DNA of 64,000 nucleotides from Podarcis melisellensis. Lineage: Eukaryota. The notes under the pieces were generated by a model. That model worked only from the letters and a program-made list of their open reading frames with translations, ran no database searches and had not been told where the DNA came from. This document shows, one piece after another, positions 51,821 to 64,000 of this stretch (positions are counted from its first letter, which is position 1; each line of letters opens with the position of its first letter). Location: NCBI GenBank assembly GCA_964234715.1, contig OZ174276.1; one strand, written 5' to 3'. Position numbers and translations under genes: made by a program.

Positions 51821-54328
51821 CACCTCTGCCAGCCTCCTTTGGGCGCCATGCTGCAGCAGACACCAAAACAATGCTGTAGACTGGAGCATGAGAGGCAGAG
51901 GATGCTGAATTTTAGCGTTGCACAGGGTGCCACTGCAATTTGGGAGTCCAAAGTCTGCCACTGAGATCAGGGAGCCATCTGTGAGCCATCTAAGTCCCTG
52001 GGCAGCTAAGGCTGCTGTGGCTTCTGCGAGGCTACATTAAAACTCGTATTAGCAGTGTGGGCTTTTGGTTTAGCTTGCTAACACATAATAAATAAAAAGC
52101 TAAATCTAAACTGAGTCCAGATTATGTCATGGTAATATTGACTGTGTGCTATCTGAATGGTTGATTAAACTTATTTGAAAGTGTGCTTTCTTTCAAACTG
52201 TTTGTTCAAATGTCATGGTGGTTTTGTGAACTATAATTAGCTGATGTTTATCATGAGCGCACTGTGGGGAAAGTGGCATATAAATAAACTAATTTAAGGT
52301 CATGCCTTCCTGCAATTTCCAGCTCAAAGCTGATCAGTTTGTAATAATTACATCTTACTGTAATGCTAGCTGGATGAGAAGCTACTCACCTCATGCAACC
52401 TGGAAAACTGCCCTCAATAGTTAATTGAGATGTTTGCCTCTTATCATTCAATTATTGTCCTTACATTTATTATGCTTGAGCCAGTAATTCCTCTTTATCA
52501 ATTCAATCAACTGGGGAAATGGTGCAAGAATAAAGAATGACTGTTCTACTTATTATCTACCTAGGTGTTTGTACGGTGCCTTTTTTGTGCTAATGTGAGG
52601 AAACCAAGGTCCAGAGGCTTCAAGTCATTATTCTGCTTTGTTCAGGCCCCTTCGTTTATAATGGAAAAACATATATATTAAATGCCTTGTATTTTGAAGA
52701 GAGTCAAAACGCTGCTGGAGCTTAATGCCTAATCTGATATTTCACCAGGACAGCTTTTCACACGACCCATTCTTTCTATTTGTAAAACAGCTTGCTATAT
52801 CTCGAACCTATAGAAAAGTCAGCAGACGACTGCATGAAAGCCATTTATTATGATGGGCTTGGAGCTTTGTAAGAAGAATGGCACTCGCTTGCGCAGATGA
52901 CTCTTATGTGCCTCTGTTAAGTCTTTCAACTCGGCTCTGGCAGAAAAAGCCCTGGGATAAGAGGAGTGTGCTCTACTTCCCCACTTTTCTTATCTGTGCC
53001 AGAAAGAACAAAGGCAAACGATAAGGGGTGTGAGGCAGCTCCTGGAGGAGCAGACATTGGCGGCGGGTGTGTGTGTGTGTGGAAAACCATTCCTCAGAAA
53101 TCATAACAACGGGTGTGAAAGGAAAGCATTGCCATTGCCATGACTGTACTGGAGTCTTTGTGAGAACTTGCGATTTTGCTCAACAATGGTTGCTTCTAGA
53201 CAAGAGCTTAATACTGAAAAGGGTGTAGACAGATTTTGCAAACGCATCATTGAAAGCAAGTGTTGTTTTTTGTCTTGTTTTTTTAATTCATAGAACTTTC
53301 CTTAGGAAGAGTCAATTAGAATGAAATGAGGAAAAACAGAGGTCGACATTTTTATGCTCAGAATGTCATATGGACACTGTGGGAAACTTGAATGCATGAT
53401 CGCTCAATAAATACTCACCTGGGAGCAGCCAATGAATGTTTATTGGACACATCCAAATAGTATACATACCATAAATGAACAGCAATGGTTAGAACTGAGA
53501 GTTTTGGCACAGAATACACTAATTGCACTATATGGAGTGAAATATCACTATGAGTAGGTTGGTTTATTTTAATCAAGAAAAAACAATGATGCAATTAGTT
53601 CACTTTTTTATTCTGTGAAACTCTCAGCAATACCAAGTATCTTGCTAAGTGAAATCCACATTCCTATGGTTATATATAGTGACTATTTCTAGCTTTTGTA
53701 TTTGTTGTGCTTAGTGCAGTCCCATCAGGATACTGAACTAGGTGGACCTTATACCTAATTCAGCAGTGGGTTTATGTTCTTATGTTGTTAGTTGTTTGTT
53801 TTTCCAAATTAGCTTTAAACTGAGGTTCAGGTATTTGCTTCATTAACTAATTTATGTGGATTAATGATATTATATTCCAATCCTTGGGCAGAGAGAGCAT
53901 CTATGAATTACGACGTTTATAACAGTCAATACTATAAGATAGGGGTATTAGATAGGGGTTCCTTTAATCTGATTATAGGTTTGAAGGGGTCAGTCCGGAT
54001 TATATCTGTGGGTAACTTCAGGCCTGTGATTCTGTAACCCTGGTGCTTAGAATCTAGTAGAAAAAGCTGCTGAACCGATCAAACAAGTTTCAAATGGCAT
54101 TAGCTCAACCAATTTCCATCATCAGCATCTGAAAGAGTAAGATGTGTTGCCATAGTGACAACTGAAGAAGCTTCCAGGAGGAGGGTGTAGGCTTTCCCCC
54201 ACAATACCAGGCTGATGCCATGAGAGCCTAGGAAGGAGAACAATAGGCTGGAAGGTGAGGTCTGTATGTGTGTAAGTTTTTGCTGGGCTGGAAGCTGGAG
54301 ATACAGAGAAGCTTGACTTTCTCTGTGG

Positions 54329-54663
54329 TAAAGGTAAAGGGACCCCTGACCATTAGGTCCAGTCGTGACCGACTCTGGGGTTGTGGCGCTCATCTCACTT
54401 TATTGGCCTGAGGGAGCCGGCGTACAGCTGCTGGGTCATGTGGCCAGCATGACTAAGCCGCTTCTGGTGAACCAGAGCAGCACACGGAAACGCTGTTTAC
54501 CTTCCCGCCAGAGCAGTACCTATTTATCTACTTGCACTTTGACGTGCTTTCAAACTGCAAGGTTGGCAGGAGCTGGGACTGAGCAATGGGATTCGAACCG
54601 CCGACCTTCTGATCGGCAAGTCCTAGGGTCTGTGGTTTAACCCACAGCACCACCTGTGTCCCA
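54329..54663 (-). mobile_element. Sauria SINE
   Basis: (AAAGGT)n tail on the left, head GGGACACAGGTGG on minus; TSD TTTCTCTGTGG at 54318-54328 and 54664-54674. Confidence 0.92.
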
Positions 54664-55532
54664 TTTCTCTGTGGGCTGAATCCCAAAATTATGCCCTTTT
54701 GTGGCTGGAAGGAAACATAATGGGAAAACAAGATCTATTGGTAAATTAATGCTGCATGCCCTTCACATCCTATGCTCAGCTTGTATATATGTGTAAATAA
54801 AGCCATAGATCCTGAAGACATCACAAGCTCCATTGACTTTTATTCCAAGGAAACTGAACCCTGGGTAAACACTGGAACTCCTGGCTTCTCTCACTGCTTG
54901 AATATTGGGGTATGATAAAAAAGGCTTTTCCTAATCTTTTCCCTGGACATGTATATAAACGTTCTACTCATATATAAATGATATTGTGTGTTGGTCAATT
55001 ATAATAATAGTATGAGCTCACCCACCTGTGTGTTTATTAGTGCTATGTGAACACTAATGAGCCCTCTGCATCTAATTGAATCTAATCCCAGCAAGCACTT
55101 GGTGATAAAGCATGTTTTTTGCTGAACATTCTGAAATAACCAGTTAAAATAAGCAACACTAAAGAAAATGAGAAGATTTTTAAAAGGTGATTTGGCCCAG
55201 CAAATATATTCCCCTCTGTTTCATTGCTTGTCAGACATTCATTAAGGTAATCTATCACTACCTCGCTACATCTTATGCCGAGGATAATTCAGGTAAGATG
55301 AACTCACTAAAACAGTAATAAAATGTGGTCGTTTTATCACAAAAATATGGTCCTTAGAATGTTCTCTCCCTCTCCCCAGAAGTCATATACAAATTACAGA
55401 TAGAAGGAAGCTGAATGAAAATGGCCAGAGTATTGGCGATTTCAACTTGAATAGGTACAGCAGGCATGACAATGAACAGTACAATTTTCTGAGTTTATAT
55501 CTTTCTTTGATAAGGTTTTTGAAATATCTAAT

Positions 55533-55732
55533 CAGGGCCGGCCCACCCATGAGGTAAGGTGAGGTGACTGCCTCAGGCAACAGGAGGCACAGGAACAGTG
55601 GAGCCCAATGAAGTTCTTCATTCCCCCTTTGTTCCTCTTGTCAGTCTCCACTCCACACTTTCTTCCTTGTTGGGGAGGGGGGTGTCATTTTGTGGTTTGC
55701 CTTAGATGCCAAAATGTTTTGGGCCGGCTTTG
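55533..55732. mobile_element. hAT (Tip100-like) MITE
   Basis: TIRs CAGGGCCGGCCC / GGGCCGGCTTTG; TSD TATCTAAT / TATCTAAC. Confidence 0.82.
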
Positions 55733-58700
55733 TATCTAACAGTACTATGGGGTGCTTTTTTGTGACTAAGATGCTGCATCTCAGTGCCCTCTTAAAAGCA
55801 CAATCCCATGGACATGTACTTAGAACCCCCAGTGAAGTGAAATGAAAGATAAATACTGTATTCTATATAAATGAAGATGAACCCTTACACTGTATTTGGT
55901 TTTTATAACTCTATATATGATTATTTTATCTATGATAACAATATATATTTATCTGTTTATCATAATAATATAATAATAAAGTGAAAAATCCAGCTAGCTC
56001 AAAGAGGGCGTACTTGACAGTTTTAGTGAAAACTGATTTCGCTTTATTTCATTCATTACCTTCACCTACAATTACACACAGAACACTGTCACAGGGAATG
56101 ATAACCAGAAAAGAAGAATGCATTTAAATAGGGTCAATATTACATAATGTCACTCTTTCAGTTCCTGTGGAAAAGGATTTCTTTGTTGTTTTGGATTTGG
56201 ATATTTCAAAATTAAATAATGAATAAGGTTTTCTCCCAAGTAAGTGTGCCTATGATTCTGAAGCTTTGAGAAGACCACGGTATTCAAACCTTCATTGAGA
56301 ACAGGCAGGTGACTTTCTAGGGGGAGCGGGGGAGGGGACAAAGGCTTTTGGTAGGTCAGGAAATAATTTTTCAAAACCATGGCCTCCACAAAGCAAGCTC
56401 AGTCATGGCATCCACACTTTGGAATGTGCATTTTGGCACCTGAGGCAAAATAAATCACACAAGTGTCACTCCACCCTGACCCAAAGTTAAAATACAGCAA
56501 CAATAAATAAAATAACTAGAAATTTTCTGGTCTTTCGTAATACTCAGAATTAGGACTCAGACTCTGTCACTGCCCAGTCAGTGGGTCTGGTCTTGAATGA
56601 AAGTTCTCTGCTGCTACAGGGCCCGGGTGTACAAAATGAGTACAAAAAGCTGAAAGCTGTAAAACAAATATGGAGCACATGTGCAAATGCTACCATTTGT
56701 GAAACTATTCTTCCATGCACTTTGTTCTTAGCCTTGTGAAGGAACTGTTTTCAAACTGTTGCAAACTGATTGCAAGAGACATTGTCCAGACTATGTATCT
56801 CCTTTAAAACTCACGGTTTTCATACAAAACAGCACTTGTATCTTCTTACAAGGCAGTGCATTCTGGTTAAAGACAAATTTGGATTTAACAAGGGCAAGTG
56901 AAGGTTAATTAACTTTGATGCTATACTTCCATTTCAGAAAACTGCTGTGTTTAAGAAGAGGGAGGGGTGTACGGAGAAGTATGCTCCCAAATTCACAAAG
57001 GAGAAGGGAATCTCATGTTTAAAAAATGCTTCTCCTCCACCAGTCTGGGAATTTGGCTCCAGATTTAAAAACCTGTAGCTATGCCCCTCCAATCCTGGCA
57101 TAGGTTTTTCCTCCTCCTTTATTTCTTTTTGCTGCATCAGCTCCCAGCACTAAACCATAATATTTGAATTTAATATTTATATTTCTTTTAAAATGTCTAT
57201 AAACAGCCTTTTCATAAGAATTCCTTAAGGAGCATGTAATAAAAGAACAGTGCACTATTCAATTAATATTGAATGCGTACAATGGTGATTTAATATATAC
57301 AGTATTAATATTGAAAGCAGAGTCCAATCATGATTTAAAACTCCCTGAGGGGAAGGCAGTGGTAATAGCTAAGAAAAAGCTGGGCATCGGGAGCCACTGT
57401 GGCGATCAATCAATAAGGGATTCCCCCCTCATGCAACGGGTATGTGGACTTTCTGTATGCACCTCTGACATTATCTGGATTGACAATTTTCTGAAAGCAT
57501 TTCTGACAGAATAATGCTTAGTGTTGTTGTTGCTGCTGCTGCTGTTATTGTCAAGCAACTGTTTTCTGAGGTGGAGGGAAAAACTGTACCTAGAAACTAT
57601 AGCAGACATCTGACATGAAGTTGAATAAATACATGACACGGAGCAGCATCGCTGCAGGTGCAGCAGAACAAAGGCAAAGGATCCTGACCTCACATAAACG
57701 GAAGTCCTGTTTCTCGATATAGGAAACATTTATATACAGGAGGCCATTATATCTTCCTGAGGCAGCAACAAAACCAATATATTCCTTGCTGGGATGACAA
57801 ATCAGAGCTATATCAAGTTACTGCTGCACATATTTTAGCAGAGGTTAGCAGGTCACACTGTTTACAAACAGCTAAAACGGGACAGTTCTTAGCCAGCACC
57901 ATAGAAGCAGCACATGCCGAGCTTCCTGTTCTGTGACTCATTACATCATTATTTCAGTTGCTGTTTACTGAGCGTTCACCTAGACTTGTTCACAGGGAGG
58001 CTACCATTGGATGCTAACCACTTTCCTAGTGGGCAACGGTCGTGACCCCTCACTCTCGTCCCCTGGCAGCTGAATGCACATGTTCACCAGCTATCGGGAA
58101 ATTCCCCCCAGGGGTCTTGACCATGGGGTGGGACTTCCCACCCAGTAAGCTGGCTTCAAATGGGCCAGTCAGATACCCAAGTGGCAGGGCATTCTTTGCT
58201 GGCCGGATGGGTATTAGACATCCGCTCCTTCCAAACTTCCAAATCCTACTTTGGGGTAGGATTCAATCGCATCCCAGTAAATTCAGTCTACATGATTAAA
58301 GCTGATTTGGAGCCCTTGTGAAGCAAAGCCACTTCTCCAAAAGTTTATTACATAAGAATAGTTTATTAAAATCATTAAAACACTGCATGAATAGCATTTT
58401 TCCTGATTGTCTTACTAATGCACCCCTTCAAAAATCTTTTTAGCACCGGACATCAGCAAAATACTCAAGGCAACTCTTTTAATTTAATAACTACCATCTT
58501 CCTTTTATTCACGCTGCCTTAAGAGAAAATCTGAATTTGTTCTTCCCTGAATTATATTACATATTCATATATCCGGAAATGAGGGGGGGCGCCCCAAGCA
58601 CCAGATTAGCACAAACCAGTTGAAACCTGCTTCAAGCAAACTGCTGATGCCACAAATGGGAATCTATCCACTGTGAGGCTGCTGGTGGCTTTTCCTCTCA

Positions 58701-59138
58701 CCCTCCACCTTTTCTAATCTGTTAATAACAAAAGCATTCCAGCAGTCACTGGGTCTCCAAACAGGGATCTAAAGTTTCCTTTCCCGTGACTTTCTTCTTT
58801 ACCAGCGGGTCAGGTGCCAATGTATTCTTCATCCTCATACAGTATGCAGTGCACATGCAGAACACAGAAGCCAAGTCGAGGTCAAACCAGCGCAGAGAAG
58901 CCTGCTTCTGAAGACGACCTGCAAAAGGCTGCTTTTGCTTTGCTTTCTTCAGCCATATATAAGGGCCCTTTGAAAATGCTGTGCTTAAGGTTATGCTTCA
59001 CAATAGCACCGGGTGCGTGTGGATGCGCATGTTGACAGAATAGATCTCCTGCACACAGCAAAAGCTTCAAGGTCTGTATTTATTATTTAATAATTTACTA
59101 TAACTGCTCTGGGTTAAGAGGCATAGCAAGATCCTATA

Positions 59139-59363
59139 CAGTGGTACCTCGGTTTACATACGCTTCAGGTTCCAGACTCCGCTAACCCAGAATAGTACCT
59201 CGGGTTAAGAACTTTGCTTCAGGATGAGAACAGAAATCGTGCTCCGGTGGCACAGCAGCAGCAGGAGGCCCCATTAGCTAAAGTGGTGCTTCAGGTTAAG
59301 AACAGTTTCAGGTTAAGAACAGACTTCTGGAACGAATTAAGTACTTAACCTGAGGTACCACTG
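59139..59363 (+). mobile_element. Tc1/mariner-superfamily MITE (CAGTGGTACCTC family)
   Basis: TIRs CAGTGGTACCTC / GAGGTACCACTG; TA TSD. Confidence 0.93.
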
Positions 59364-59790
59364 TAGTAGCCAACTGCATCCCGTGGTATGAGAACACTGT
59401 ACCCATTATCGTTCATCTTTCCTGTTGCTTTTAATAACTCCAAATAGACAACTAATAACTGTAAAAGAAGACGACATAACAACTGAAATCGCCGGATACA
59501 TTCTTCAAGATCACTTTTTGATTTTGAAACGCTCTGTCATTACCCAATTTACTTGTGATCTTGATAATTCATTGACCTCTCAGTACTCAGTACCCGCCCT
59601 CTGAGAACTGTAGCTTTAGTGGGGGGTGGAATAGGGGTCAACGCTCTTAATGAACTACAGCTCCCAGAAGTCTTCAGGAGAAGCCATGTCTGTTTAAAGT
59701 GGTATTATAGTGTTTCAAATGTAGGGTATGAAGGTGGCCGTTGTGTGAGAGTATTCTGCAAATTGCCATTGATGCAATAATAGTGCATTA

Positions 59791-60151
59791 AAGGTAAAGG
59801 TAAAGGTACCCCTGACCATTAGGTCCAGTCGCGAACAACTCTGGGGTTGCATGCTCATCTATAGGCCAAGGTAGCCGGAGTTCGTCTGCAGACAGCTTCT
59901 GGGTCATGTGGCCAGCATGACTAAGCCGCTTCTGGCAAACCAGAGCAGCGCACAGAAATGCCGTTTACCTTCCCACCAGAGCGGTACCTATTTATCTACT
60001 TGCACTTTGACGTGCTTTCGAACTGCTAGGTGGGCAGGAGCAGGGACCGAGCAACGGGAGCTCACCCCGTCACAGGGATTCGAACTGCTGACCTTCTGAT
60101 CAGCAAGCCCTAGGCTCTGTGGTTTTAGAGCACAGCGCCACCTGCGTCCCC
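59791..60151 (-). mobile_element. Sauria SINE, full length
   Basis: (AAAGGT)n tail; 12-bp TSD AATAGTGCATTA at 59779-59790 and 60152-60163. Confidence 0.93.
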
Positions 60152-62491
60152 AATAGTGCATTAGTGGCAGCTTTATATTGGGCAATCCACACACCATTCT
60201 GCTTTTTTGGATGTTCTGCAATGTTACAGCATTATGGCCATCTGGAGGGATGCTCTTGTGATACAGAACAACAGTAGCCACACCAAACAAGATTGTAACT
60301 TTCCTCCCGTCCTACAAAACATTTGCAGAGAGAAACAGTATAGAAAGCAGTATGGAGTGATACAACAAGGGACTCAGCTACATTATTTTTTTTTAAAAAA
60401 AGTGTTTTAAACGCGTTATAACACCGTGACACCTGATGACGCTGTGGAGTTTCATCTTTCAGCAACGTGATTTCCCATTATGAAGTTTACGTTTCCTGAA
60501 ATATTTTTTTGATGAGTCTAGATCCAGCCAAGGTTATTTGACCTATGCTGGGTGTTTAGCTTATACTAAAATATCTACTTTCCATATTACTTGCATGATT
60601 TAAGACCTTTGGTTCAGTAATTGACAGGACAATCCTCTCCATACCTTTCTGGAATTTGGCTCCACTGAAAACAATGAGATTTACTTCTGAGCAGACATCT
60701 ATAAAATTGTGCTGCAACACCTCAATCCTAAACAAGAAACTTGAACACTGCTGGGCTTCTGAGTAAACATTCATAGGGTTGCAATTTATTTTACGCAAAA
60801 AGAGCAACATATTTTACACAAAAAGAGCCTTCTGCTTAAAAGCATAAATACTTTCATAAGTGGGGGAATGCATAAAGATTTGAAAAACAAGCCATAGCTG
60901 GGGGGAGGGGTGTTTCAGCTATCACTCTTTCTACTCAACCAGACTTTTGTGTACAATTTATCAGTGCTGCTCCAATTTAAACAAGAAAATGAGCATCCAT
61001 CTTTGATCAAGACTAATTTATATTTTATTTTCGTTTAAGGAGATGGATAACTCTGGGAAGCCCTTCATATTCTTTAATTTACAAAATTATTCTGTCTCAA
61101 AGATATCTTCAGCTATTAGGAAGTAAATTTAACTACTGATCTAATTTGCTCCCCCCTTATAAGTGCTGATACCCAGAGAAACATATGTTGAACAGACTGC
61201 TTAAGAATATTTAATGAGAATTTAGTTACTGATTTGTAAATGAAAAAGTGGAAACGTGGCAGTTGCCATAGAGCCGCGCAGTTCCTTGCTGGCTTGGAGT
61301 CTAGCAAAGCTTTAAAATATGCAACGTATTGGCAAGAGAAAAATGGGAGAAAAGAATAGCATATTATGATGTGTAAAGCTAGCATGGATCTTAATGTAAA
61401 TTGTATGAGCAAAGTGAAATACTTTCAGAATAAATTTATGGATGCTTTGTGAATACATTTATGGATACTGGGATTAATGCAAATGTTATAGTCATGCCAT
61501 AAATTCGCAGCAAAATGAATGCCTGCAGGCAATTCTGGTGCCTTTCCTTTGTGGCAGAGAACAAGCCTGTTTATTTTGTATGAGGCCCACATACGCCAGC
61601 AAGTGAAATGGTGAGGAATAATCACTTTACTTGCACCTACTTTCATGTGACATTTATACTGTGGAAACTGAGGTGCCCTTTGCTTAAGCATCGGTTGCTG
61701 AGAAATACCCATCATGCTCTAATGCTTAGAAAGCAGAAAATGAACAAGGGGAATGAAGAGTTCATTAATTAAATATTAGTAACTCTTATGCAAGTAAATG
61801 TTGAGATGACTGATAAACTGCTCCCACCACCACCCGTTGCCCTTTAGTAATTTAACAAAAAATGATTTGATAACAGTTTTATAATTTTATGTTAATAGTT
61901 CTCTGCTGGCTCGGGGGGAGGAAGCATTTGCTTTTGTGGACATTACAATGTTTCTGTAAGTTATACACCTCTGTACATAACGTTGATGGTAAAACCAACA
62001 TTAGGAAATGCAGAGAAGGCGCATAATTAAGAAATCAAAGCAGCTGATATTCAGTGTGTGCAAATAAAGTATGCAAGCTCTTGTTCCTAGGCATGATTTT
62101 GAACAAGACCATTTCTTAGGTTGACTTAACAGTCAAGCAATCAATCAAATTGTATTATGTGACCGTGCAGACCTCTTAATAGTCAAAGGTGAACTATTCA
62201 AATTTTGCTCCTAGTTCTAGGTTTCTGACCTCTCTCATCAGGCTTCTAGAATGGTCAGGGGACTCCGGTAATAATCATGTGCGTTCTTCCAAAGTTCATG
62301 AGGGTGCCACAAGAGGGAGGATTAGGCAGGCTAAGGGAACCCCAAGGTTACAAAATATATTTATGGAGACCATAGGGGGAAACCCCCAAACAGCCCCATA
62401 AGAACCAAAAGAAAAAGAAAAGAGGGGGGCTATTGAGAGACTTGGAAAGAAAATGGCAACAACGAGATGGTAGAGAGCATAGAATGGCTGG

Positions 62492-62680
62492 AAGATAAGA
62501 TAAGATAAATTTATTGTCATTGTCCGTATATACACAGTATACACAACAACGAAAATCAAACACCCAAAGACCGGGTTCACACACACATTTGCACGTATCT
62601 CCAACACTCTCATCCCACTCAGACATAATCCACAAAACATAACATAATCCAGAATACAACACAACCCATTAAAGGGAGGA
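62492..62680 (-). mobile_element. Probable Rex1/Babar-type LINE 3' UTR fragment
   Basis: Minus strand is TG-rich and ends ACAATGACAATAAA followed by a (TCTTA)n tail. Confidence 0.5.
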
Positions 62681-63574
62681 GGGTAAAAGATACACGGAGA
62701 GATTTTGTTAAAGTTCAGAGTGAACCTCCTCATTGTCTGGGTAGGTCATTTTCTGGTACACAGAAGCAATTTAAAATGTCCCCAAGGTCAGAAACAATAA
62801 CTGCCCACAGTTGCAGACTGATTGCACTTCTAATGTTTGCTTTTTTTAATGTAAGTGAAATTAGACCCACAATGCAGCGCAACCTAACTTGAGTTTTTCC
62901 CCTCCTCAGCCACAAACTCAAGTATCCATGCATACCAGGGATACACTGCAATATTTTGAGGTGGCCCATCTCTAGTACATACTAATAACGCACACAATTC
63001 TCCAAGTCCTCATACTTAGGTAGCCAAAACAGCACCATCCGCACACAAGACAGTGGTATCTGAGGAAGAGACCATAAATGGGGGAGGTGAATGACAACTG
63101 AGCATACTCAGTGGCATATAATGCTGGCTACCTGCTGGAGGTAGGGGGAAATGGGAAATAAGGGTGGAGATGGAATGGAATGGAGTATTCTGGATGGAAT
63201 ACTTAACAGGAGCACTTCATACAGCAACATTCTGTTGCAGTTCCACCTAGCAATCCTTCTGAAAGAGAACATATAAGGAATTGTTCTAAATTTTAAGGGC
63301 TGACTTTTCCCATTATGGCTGCCAGGAAATCAATAAACTATTAATACCAGAATGGAAAAGAAAAGATGACTGCCCTATGGAAGCCAGTAAGAATGATGTT
63401 GTATGGCAGCAGTTATATACAATGCCTCTAACATGTTATTGCGAGCATCATGGAGATGTTTCCAGCACCTTCATGTGGCAATCAGAGCCTAAGGAATGAC
63501 AGCTGATTATGTGTTCAGAACTGCCACCAAAAAAAACAAATCAGAACAACAACTGGCAGTTGGATTTTCTTTTA

Positions 63575-63900
63575 CAGTATTTATGTATTTATATGCTGCC
63601 TTTCAAGATGATATACAGACCTCTCCAGGCAGCTGACATCATAAAACAAATTAGGAAGATAAAATAGAAATCCATTCATAACAACAGTATCAAGCAATTC
63701 AATTTAAAAGTCATCAGTAAAATGATAAAATAGCAACAACAGTTAAGTCACAACTTAAAAACCTGGGCCAATAGCTATCAGTTTGAAGTGGATGTAAAAA
63801 CAATCAGATTGTTAGAACCCATTTTAAAAAAAAAAAACAGTCAGTGCTGGGTCCATGCTCACTTCCCATGGGAGGGAAGCCACAAGGATGGCTTGGGAAG
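63575..63900 (-). mobile_element. Degraded L2-type LINE 3' end
   Basis: ATTTATGTATTTATATGCTGCCTTTC...AGGCAGCTGACA, A-rich UTR and GGGAGGGAAGCCACA, as in other L2 ends here. Confidence 0.45.
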
Positions 63901-64000
63901 ACGGCATTTTGTATCCACCAGCCAGATGGACCTTATTGCAAGCAAGCCCTCCCTCCATAGCTGAACCTATGGGAAGGATTATATGGGTGTAACCGGACCC

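Noticed and set aside
58803-58918. Possible minus-strand exon (TTTTGCAG|GTCGTC...CCGCTG|GTAAAA) with one open frame
   Set aside because: Peptide RLQKQASLRWFDLDL... is not recognisable and the donor is weak; unsupported without RNA-seq or conservation.
62189-62490. GC-richer patch as possible endogenous viral or LTR sequence
   Set aside because: No TG...CA/TSD boundaries or recognisable viral protein motifs were seen.
1-64000. CRISPR arrays, operons, rRNA or other prokaryotic systems
   Set aside because: The sequence is eukaryotic and repeat-rich; no regularly spaced direct-repeat array or gene-dense region is present.

Overview
This is vertebrate nuclear DNA, almost certainly from a squamate reptile and most likely a lacertid lizard, inferred from the combination of Sauria SINEs, Bov-B (RTE) LINE pieces, CR1/L2/L1 fragments, tRNA-derived SINEs and many hAT and Tc1/mariner MITEs. 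I could not recognise any host protein-coding exon, RNA gene or CpG-island promoter, so the window looks like deep intron or intergenic sequence. The only long recognisable coding sequence is a frameshifted Bov-B ORF (APE endonuclease, 32646-34167). Main oddities: (1) a fold-back Bov-B structure at 12967-13597 whose inverted repeat extends into unique flanking DNA; (2) a solo LTR at 15428-15862 containing an uninterrupted acidic/Arg-rich reading frame that overlaps tandem RNA hairpins; (3) a Bov-B copy that keeps its 5' end, lacks its 3' end and is fused to a Sauria SINE tail; (4) SINEs with different tRNA heads (Ile, Lys) on the same CR1 tail; (5) a Penelope remnant with a decayed hammerhead-ribozyme core. 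Family names are from pattern recognition, not database searches; boundaries without target-site duplications (TSDs) are approximate.
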